Below are positions 56,733 to 64,000 of a stretch of 64,000 bases of DNA, one piece after another; positions within the stretch are counted from its first letter, which is position 1; every line of letters starts with the position of its first letter. The translations under genes were made by a program, and so were the position numbers. A model generated the notes under the pieces. That model was given only the letters and a program-made list of their open reading frames with translations, was not told where the DNA came from and searched no databases. Location: NCBI GenBank assembly GCA_964019425.1, contig OZ025789.1:1178001-1242000 (forward strand), in the 5' to 3' direction. The stretch comes from Flectonema sp. DT1601. Its lineage: Eukaryota.

Positions 56733-57551
56733 ATGTCCGTAGATATGGAGAGGGGGCGCTTCCTCTCATGCGGTCGAAATATTTTAAATCCAGGATCATT
56801 TCTGTATCCGCTGTCAAGCTGCTGTTCTGACACAGGTTTATGCTGCGACACTATAATGTGTCCCTGGTGTGTCTTGGGACGGTTATGGGCAGCTGTTGAA
56901 AACAGACCTGATTCAATGGATGCAGGAAAGTGTTTATGTGCTGCAGCAGCATGGACAGGTCCTGTTGGTACCTCTATATTAGTCAACATTGCAGTACCTT
57001 GGTTTCCACTATTATTATTCTGTGATAGCTGGGTCATATGGAGATTCCTAGTTAGAATAAAAAAATCATGGGGCATAGATCGAAGACATTTCCTAGTGGA
57101 ATGCCTTTATGAAAGTTGTCTGTGTGGTTGCTGTACTCTGATAAGACTGAATAAAGAACTTCGTGCGCGGGGATCGAACCCAGGCTACGTATGCTGTGGT
57201 GCGGCCGAATTTGATAGGAAGCTTGAAGCGGAACCTGTTCATATTATTCCGATTAAGAGAATAGTACCTCCGTCGGCTTACTTACACCCTGTTCAGCCTG
57301 GATATCCTGGGGCTGCATTTCCTCAGCTTACTATACAGGGAGCTGATGATGATAAAACTGAAGATCTTAGTGGTCGTAATTTATCAGAAAAAGTCCGACC
57401 TGCGAGTCACTCAAGAACTAACCTTCGTGACTTAATACTTCGATCTCCTAGAGGAGCATCTGTTGCTTCAGATGGAGGATCTAGAGGAGATAATAATGAA
57501 GAACAACTTGACTCGTTTACTCCCAAGAGAAAACAACTCAGCACAGAGTAA
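56733..57551 (+). CDS. PLAC8-family Cys-rich protein
   Basis: LSSCCSDTGLCCDTIMCPWCVLGR...IKKSWGI...CLCGCCTLIRLNKEL; first ATG at 56733. Confidence 0.82.
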   Translation: MSVDMERGRFLSCGRNILNPGSFLYPLSSCCSDTGLCCDTIMCPWCVLGRLWAAVENRPDSMDAGKCLCAAAAWTGPVGTSILVNIAVPWFPLLLFCDSWVIWRFLVRIKKSWGIDRRHFLVECLYESCLCGCCTLIRLNKELRARGSNPGYVCCGAAEFDRKLEAEPVHIIPIKRIVPPSAYLHPVQPGYPGAAFPQLTIQGADDDKTEDLSGRNLSEKVRPASHSRTNLRDLILRSPRGASVASDGGSRGDNNEEQLDSFTPKRKQLSTE

Positions 57552-58224
57552 TTTCGTGCATCTACTTACCCACCCTAGAATGTATTAATATTTCTACCTC
57601 GTTGCAGATATTTTCAGTTGAAGAAAGCGATCCTTGGAAGTGTTACCTTCCTCGAGCACATGTGGGCCTGAGGACTTCTAATTCTGTTGTCTTCCTTTCG
57701 ATGCCAGTTGGTCTTTTTACATGGCAACCAGGTTGGCTCAACCATATTTAGTTATAGCCAGTTGCTTAATTACGGTTTCACATTACCTCCCTTTTGATTG
57801 TTTGGAATTAGATAGCCTTTTCAGGTTCAACGTCTTCCATCCGATGTTAAGAAAATAATACCAATGGTACGGTATACTTTGTTTTTTCTTCATTTTGCTG
57901 TTTATGTGTTTTCAGAACTGCTGCTGTTGGTGACGCGTTTTTTGTTTTTGTTTTTTTTTGTTAGCTTTGGTAGAGATCTTCATCACGTTTACGTGGTCGA
58001 TTCTTGCATCTGAGCAGGATTGCTACCATACAGGGAACATGATTCCGTGATTGTGGTGATTAGTTTTCACTAATCCCGTAGATATATATTTGTTTTTCTT
58101 CTTCTTCTTCTTCTTCCGTATCATTTTGGGTGCTTCTCAGGTCGTTGTTATTGGCGCAAACTCTCTTCACTTACACCATGTATTTGTTTATTTATTTGTT
58201 TTAATTTTTTTTTTTCTTTTCTCT

Positions 58225-58338
58225 GTATCGACGAAGTCAGAGAAGAAACTATTCAGATCAAAAGCCATTTTTATTTATTAATGTCAAATGTTATCCATCC
58301 AGTATACTGTCTGTGATCAACAAGAAACATAAAAGGCC
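58225..58338 (+). mobile_element. Short dispersed element, copy D
   Basis: gtatcgacgaagtcagagaagAAACTATTCAGAT...acataaaaggcc + poly-T; aligns with copy C. Confidence 0.65.
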
Positions 58339-58748
58339 TTTTTTTTTTTTTTTTTTGTCTGAGTGGGTTTTGTTTCTATTTTATTATTTTGTTTAAAAGC
58401 TCTCGGGGATTTCTCTCTTTAATAAAAACAACTTAGCTTTGTAGTATTATGTCGACATTCGTTTTGTGGTTGTTGTAGGTTTTATTGTTACAAAGTGAAA
58501 GTAAGTTTTTCATTCCTTTTCAACAGCTCTTTTTCTTTCTGTTTTTTTTGCATTTGTCAAAGTTTCACCCCCAATCCCTATATTCAGACAGCACATATGG
58601 GATTTTTTATCGATACCAATTGTTGATTTTCTTATATTGCAACCAGGTTTGGCCGAACCCTATTTTCGTTCTAGCCAGTTTTCAAGTTGCTTTCCATTTA
58701 ATATTAGTATCAAGTTACCCCCTTCACAGCGCCCCTCAAGATTGAGGG

Positions 58749-59918
58749 ATGTTTAGTCCGCTTCACTACACTGGTCGACGAAGGAGGAAGTTGTTGATAG
58801 TTAGTTTTGCTTGTGTGTTGTTTGTGTTTCTTGCTGGACACTTGTTGGGACCGAGATTGCTTGATGATGATGAGAAATACCATCCAGCTGTTCTGACGGG
58901 TGGTCATCCAATCCACTTTCCTGTCTATTTTGATAATAGAAAATACGACATCACGCCTGTCGACAAGACCATAATGTACTCCTGGAGGAAAAAACATGAA
59001 AAAAAAGGAGTTTTTAAATATCAGCTTGGCACCAGTTTAGAACCGTTGGAGACCCGAAACCTCGGAGATGAATTTCGCATGGTTGTGCAACAGGCAGTGG
59101 GTAGATCGAAAAAGAGAAAATTAAACAAAATAATTAAATCCGTCAAGGAACCATTTAATAAAAAAGGGTTTCACTTTTTTAAAGTAAAAGGAAGAGAAGT
59201 TATAGGAAAACTATCAGCAACTGGCGGGAGATTTATCGAACTCAACGTTGGAAAGAACGAGGAGAACGAGTTGAAAAACTTTATGGAAAAAGATCAAACT
59301 GTTGTTCTTATTAATGCGAATCCGTTTGCGGCGTTTCACATTCTAATCGTACCGCAAATTGGACTGGGGCTGTCTCAAATACTAACTCACAGCTCTTTAT
59401 CAATGGCAGTTGGATTTGCTGAAACCTGCTCTCGAAAACTAAAATTGGTATATAACAGCATCGGTGCTGGAGCATCAGTTAATCACCATCACTGGCAAGG
59501 ATTTTATCTTAAAACTGACCTACCCATTGAGAAAGCTCCAACAAAACAACTACTAATTGCTGATGGAGTCATCATTCGAGAAGTTAAGCAATGGCCAATT
59601 CGAAGCTACAGACTGTCGTCGGATTCAAAAATAAAATTAATAGACGCTGCCTATCGAATTGTTAAAGAACTTTTGGAAAAGAATATTGCCCATAATTTAT
59701 TAGTGACAGACAAAGGAAATTCGGTTGTAATTGTTCCTCGTAAAATAGGAAACTACCCGGATGTCTCACGGAAACAGGTAGCAGCGATGGAAGTGCTTGG
59801 GTTTTGGATTATACCTAACGAAGAAGAATACACATCCCTCACTCCAAAGGAAGCTCATTCATTCTTAGCAGGAGCGAAACCAGACATCGATTTTGATCTT
59901 GTGCAACTGTTTAAGTAG
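58749..59918 (+). CDS. GDP-hexose phosphorylase (GDPGP1/VTC2-like HIT family) with N-terminal signal anchor
   Basis: GVFKY, PFNKKGFHFFKV, INANPFAAFHILIVP, YNSIGAGASVNHHHWQ, NIAHNLLV, AAMEVLG. Confidence 0.82.
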   Translation: MFSPLHYTGRRRRKLLIVSFACVLFVFLAGHLLGPRLLDDDEKYHPAVLTGGHPIHFPVYFDNRKYDITPVDKTIMYSWRKKHEKKGVFKYQLGTSLEPLETRNLGDEFRMVVQQAVGRSKKRKLNKIIKSVKEPFNKKGFHFFKVKGREVIGKLSATGGRFIELNVGKNEENELKNFMEKDQTVVLINANPFAAFHILIVPQIGLGLSQILTHSSLSMAVGFAETCSRKLKLVYNSIGAGASVNHHHWQGFYLKTDLPIEKAPTKQLLIADGVIIREVKQWPIRSYRLSSDSKIKLIDAAYRIVKELLEKNIAHNLLVTDKGNSVVIVPRKIGNYPDVSRKQVAAMEVLGFWIIPNEEEYTSLTPKEAHSFLAGAKPDIDFDLVQLFK

Positions 59919-60312
59919 GGAAATAGAATTATTATCGATATACGAAAACAATCATCCGTTACCATGTACCTGACTTGTGGTCAGTTAAAAACAGCTACTG
60001 TTTTTTTTTTTTAAAATTATATTTTTTCTTTGTTTTACATACCAAGTCTCAGTAAGTACTAGTAGCTTAACATTTTGAAACCCCTTCTGCGTTTCTGTTA
60101 TTTATTAATTTATTTATTTGTTATTCTTTTTTTTTTTTTTTTGAGAATTTTCCTATGGTATACCGCTAAGGAAAAAAAACTTTATTCCCTCAAGGATACT
60201 GTTCTTTTTTTTGGTATAGCCAATCACAGATTAAATGACGTGATGGCTAAAATGAAATGCAATTTATTTTTAATAATTAATACAAAACAACTCAGAATAA
60301 CTACCACACAAA

Positions 60313-61313
60313 ATGCTCTACCTCGAGGGATGGCACAACACGGTTGCCGAGAATATTGCTCAAATGTTAACTAGTGAAAAGATTAGCAGCAAATTATTTT
60401 CAGTTTATGATTTTCACGGAACATTGTGGAAGCTATATAGAAATAAGGCAGGTGATGTATATGTTTGTGTTCATTTGGTAACTCCAAAAAAAATATTGAA
60501 AAAAGTTAGTGTAATGGAGGGTCTAGAAAAGTTCTATGGTAAAGATGTTGTCTGTGCTGACGGACACGATTACCCAGAAGAATTAGATGGTGAACCTGAC
60601 TTTGCTCTTCACTACAAGGACGAAAATGAATGGAGAGGACGAGAACTTACCAAAAAAGAAAAAGAAGAATTGGAAGCGTTATGTAAGAAGTATGCTTACC
60701 TTTACACCGCTTGTATGATTTCGTTCTTTAAAGATTGTTTTTCGAGAGCAAATGAGGGAGAAACTTTCGATCCGATTAAACTGCCTTACAGATCAAATGA
60801 AAGCCTTTACGTAGCAGCAAACAAAGACAACGTTGAAGTAACAACTTGTATGCGTTTTGTTACTGATGATGACCTGTTGTTTGGTAAGGTATTTTTACAA
60901 GAATTCGCAGATGCTAAAAAATCAAACCGTAACTTAGCTGGAGCACCGTCATGCAGTTTTTCAGTTAAAATGCCTGCGGGACTTTCTGGTGCTAAAAACG
61001 TTGATGCAGATGATGACAAGACTTTATGGGTTACATTCATCCTCTTTCGTAAACACACCGACACTGCTGACGCTACTGTTGAATCAACTGTAGAGAAACT
61101 TCTATCATTTAGAAACTATGTTAACTACCATATTAAGTGCAGCAAAACATTCTTCCACAGCAGAATGAGATCCAGACACACGTCTCTTCTTCAGGTATGT
61201 GTCTAACCATTTTAAGTAAGTTATGTAGTGGTCATCAAATTAATATAAACAAACAGGTTCTAAACAGAGCAAAGACCAGCCAAACCGATCACGTTGCCGT
61301 AAGAATTCAGTAG
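60313..61313 (+). CDS. ARPC2: Arp2/3 complex subunit 2 (p34-Arc); intron 61195-61256
   Basis: YRSNESLYV, GKVFLQEFADA, FRNYVNYHIKCSKTFFHSRMR; splicing restores LQ|VLNRAK. Confidence 0.93.
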
Positions 61314-61912
61314 ACGTGAAAACAAGTTGGAAATTTGTTTGTCCTTTCCACTTGCCTTAGGTTGACCGACCTGCGTTTTTTAAGTTTTTTTTCTTTTTCT
61401 GAAGGTAGTGTTGGCTAATGAGTTCTGTTTTGTTTTAAGAGAATAACAGTGGCGGGGGAATACAAAAAAAAAAAAAAAAAACAAAGAAAGGAGAAAGACC
61501 AAATCCACGATTCCCCCTCTCTGATGATGCAAGGCACAAAAAGTACAGCGAATGGGGAAAAAAATCCTCCCAGAAAAAAAAAAAAAAAAAAAAAAAAAAA
61601 AGCCCACTCCAGTTTTTTTTTTTTTTTTTTTTTTTTTTGATATCTAAATACGACGTTATCGTAGCATGTGTTTAAAGAAAAAGGAACCAAAAAAAAAAAA
61701 AAAAAATAATAAGAGAGAGGAGGAACAAATAAAAAAGAAATGGAAGTTGCTTACTCGTGTGGTACTGTGTTCTCTGTGGAGATTGTACGTGTCGACAGTA
61801 TGATTTGTACTTTATAAGTAAGTAGCCTGTCAATTATTATTATTTTCTTTTTTATTAAAGGCAATCGACGGAATGATACACAAAAAATAATCATCCTACA
61901 CTATGTTCTGTC

Positions 61913-64000
61913 ATGCCACGGGTTTCGTTGCTAGCTCGGTTAACACAAAGTGCATTAAAAGAAGAAATTTTAGATACGATTTATCCTGACAATAGTAACA
62001 AGACAGGTCGCAGTGTTACTCCTGAATACGAACATGATATTGAAAAGAAATCTGATGGTGTTAACAATGACCAATCATCTGATAGTGATGAATCTGTACA
62101 GGGGACTGCCAAACCAGTAGGTTGTTCATTTGTGTTGCCTGTTTCGGGAAAACGTAAACCGAGCCGTCTTCGACGGCAATCGTCAATATTCCCGCAGTGT
62201 AATGTCGCTGTTGAAAAATTACCGAAACCAGGAGGACCCGCAGTTCTAAGGGTCAGAAAATCATTTATTGCAACCAACGACGATTCTGTTCCGTCGCTTA
62301 TTAATAAAGTAGTTTCACGACCTCCATCTATACCTGGTTTGAATCACGCGGTAGGAACCCTCTTGAGTAGCATTAACATCACAGATACTGTAGTTGAAGA
62401 TTGCCGTATGGCGATTGGTTCGAAAACGTTGGTCACGACCAGAACATTACATCAAATCCAGAGAGAAGTTTCAAAATTAAAAATTAAAAATCTGGATGTC
62501 TCACCTGCGGAACCTCCACGGCAATCACTAAAAACAATAACCCAACAACGACAATCAATGATGCCAAGTAGTCCACAGAAAGGATGGACGTCTTCTGCTT
62601 TACTCCCAGGATGTTTTTTTATTGTAGCCAGCAGATTATCAAAAAAACAGCGAGCTAAAAGACAATTAGATCGGGTTAAGGAACAGCTTCGCACTCAACG
62701 AGATCCAAGTGAAATCATTCCATTGAAAAAACATGCTACTCGCGAAGATCACAGGAGAGAGGTTGCGAGTCGTAGGGATAAAGCATTAACACAACGACAT
62801 GAGAATATAATTCAAACAAAAAAGAAGAAAGCCAGAGACTCAGAGATACAACGTATAGAAATGGAACAAGCTGAGCAAGACCTAAGCCGAGCTCTTCAAC
62901 TATCTGAATTTATTGCACTCCATCTTATGGCTACAACTTGCAACACTATTATGAAGGAATACCATGCTCGTAAGATTAGAAATAGTTATCTACGAGCTGT
63001 TCAAAGTATGTGCTACACAGTCATCCCTGCATGGAGGAAATACCGTCTAAGGAAAAGACGACAAGCAATGCACGGACTTCTAGTTCTTTCATTCTTGTGT
63101 GTTAAGTGGAGGAGAGCGTTTCTCATTAAGAGAGTTGAGCTTGTAAGGAAATTCTTGTTTTCTTATCGCAATGATAAGCTGTTGGCAATTCAACGATTCT
63201 ACACTCTGGCGAGAAAGGCACAGAATATGCTCCTTCGATTCGTAAGAGTTCGAAGAAGTCAATTATATCTTTTGAGAACTATTATTGACATCGTTGAGGG
63301 ATGGCATTTATTATCATCAAGTCGATACTACGAAGGGTTGGGTGCTGGGCCGGAGGCGAAAGCCCTTGCTGCGGCAAACTTATTCAAAAGAGGGTGTCGG
63401 AGATTTGAAGAAAATATTCCCAGGATCTATAAACTAGTCTCAGCTTCAGAACCACCTCTAACAGTTCGTAGTCGTGTTAAGGTTGGCTTTAAATCTAGAG
63501 ACTCTAAGTCTCCGTTTGCTCAAACAGCGATTGAGTGTCGACAGAGGTACCTTCGAAAGGTTGTTCAAAATTATGTTTATATTACTTTCTGTCGGAAGAG
63601 ATGTTTAAGAAATATCAGTTTGGCTTCTGTTCAGCCAATCACACCAACAGTTACCTTCGGTGGCAGCAGTCCTTCAAAGGGGAAGAGTTCAGCGATATCA
63701 TTTTCTCCAGCACCACCTCAAAGTGCTCTTCGTAAGTCTACTGGAAGGAATTTTTCATTAGTTTGTGGAGTTAGAAGTCGTTCGATATCACCGATTCCAA
63801 CACCAAGAAAGACACGACAGCAATCAGTCGGTGACTGTGTTAATAAGAAACGATTATCTTCTGTTAATTGTGAGAAAATTATTTATAAATCAAAGAAATC
63901 AACTGAGACCACATCAATCTTATCACAAAGTATCATATCTCGTTATCATAAAATAAAACGTCGTAAGCAAGATGATATTAATTTAATCTCAAGTGCCATC
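61913..64000 (+). CDS. Basic coiled-coil hypothetical protein, truncated by the window end (absent from the ORF track)
   Basis: ATG 61913 (MPRVSLLARLTQSALKEEIL...). Frame is open in the stretches I translated, including the last 500 nt; no in-window stop would explain its absence from the track. Confidence 0.75.
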   Translation, partial: MPRVSLLARLTQSALKEEILDTIYPDNSNKTGRSVTPEYEHDIEKKSDGVNNDQSSDSDESVQGTAKPVGCSFVLPVSGKRKPSRLRRQSSIFPQCNVAVEKLPKPGGPAVLRVRKSFIATNDDSVPSLINKVVSRPPSIPGLNHAVGTLLSSINITDTVVEDCRMAIGSKTLVTTRTLHQIQREVSKLKIKNLDVSPAEPPRQSLKTITQQRQSMMPSSPQKGWTSSALLPGCFFIVASRLSKKQRAKRQLDRVKEQLRTQRDPSEIIPLKKHATREDHRREVASRRDKALTQRHENIIQTKKKKARDSEIQRIEMEQAEQDLSRALQLSEFIALHLMATTCNTIMKEYHARKIRNSYLRAVQSMCYTVIPAWRKYRLRKRRQAMHGLLVLSFLCVKWRRAFLIKRVELVRKFLFSYRNDKLLAIQRFYTLARKAQNMLLRFVRVRRSQLYLLRTIIDIVEGWHLLSSSRYYEGLGAGPEAKALAAANLFKRGCRRFEENIPRIYKLVSASEPPLTVRSRVKVGFKSRDSKSPFAQTAIECRQRYLRKVVQNYVYITFCRKRCLRNISLASVQPITPTVTFGGSSPSKGKSSAISFSPAPPQSALRKSTGRNFSLVCGVRSRSISPIPTPRKTRQQSVGDCVNKKRLSSVNCEKIIYKSKKSTETTSILSQSIISRYHKIKRRKQDDINLISSAI

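Overview
AT-rich eukaryotic (protist) genomic DNA. About 30 protein-coding genes lie head-to-tail, all on the + strand, separated by poly(T)/poly(A)-rich spacers. Many start codons have a pyrimidine-rich AG just upstream. This resembles a euglenozoan polycistronic, SL trans-spliced unit; the frequent short cis-introns point to a diplonemid-like organism (inference). Recognisable genes: NAD-dependent epimerase (partial), Piezo, GST, ATG9, STE20-like kinase, two PPR proteins, Myb, PDZ-like protein, C2orf81-like, FYVE/F-box, degenerate receptor cyclase, three glycosyltransferases, ALKBH1, SAM-domain sphingolipid synthase, ankyrin, PLAC8, GDPGP1/VTC2-like and ARPC2. I rebuilt 12 coding introns by hand; all end in an A/C-rich tract plus AACAG. 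The best novel signal is an array of four copies of a structured-RNA-like motif at 49393-50060, with a conserved bulged core, compensatory changes and variable distal stems. Next is a dispersed element family with asymmetric inverted repeats (4 copies, one carrying GC-rich cargo). All calls are by-eye motif recognition; no database search or folding was run.
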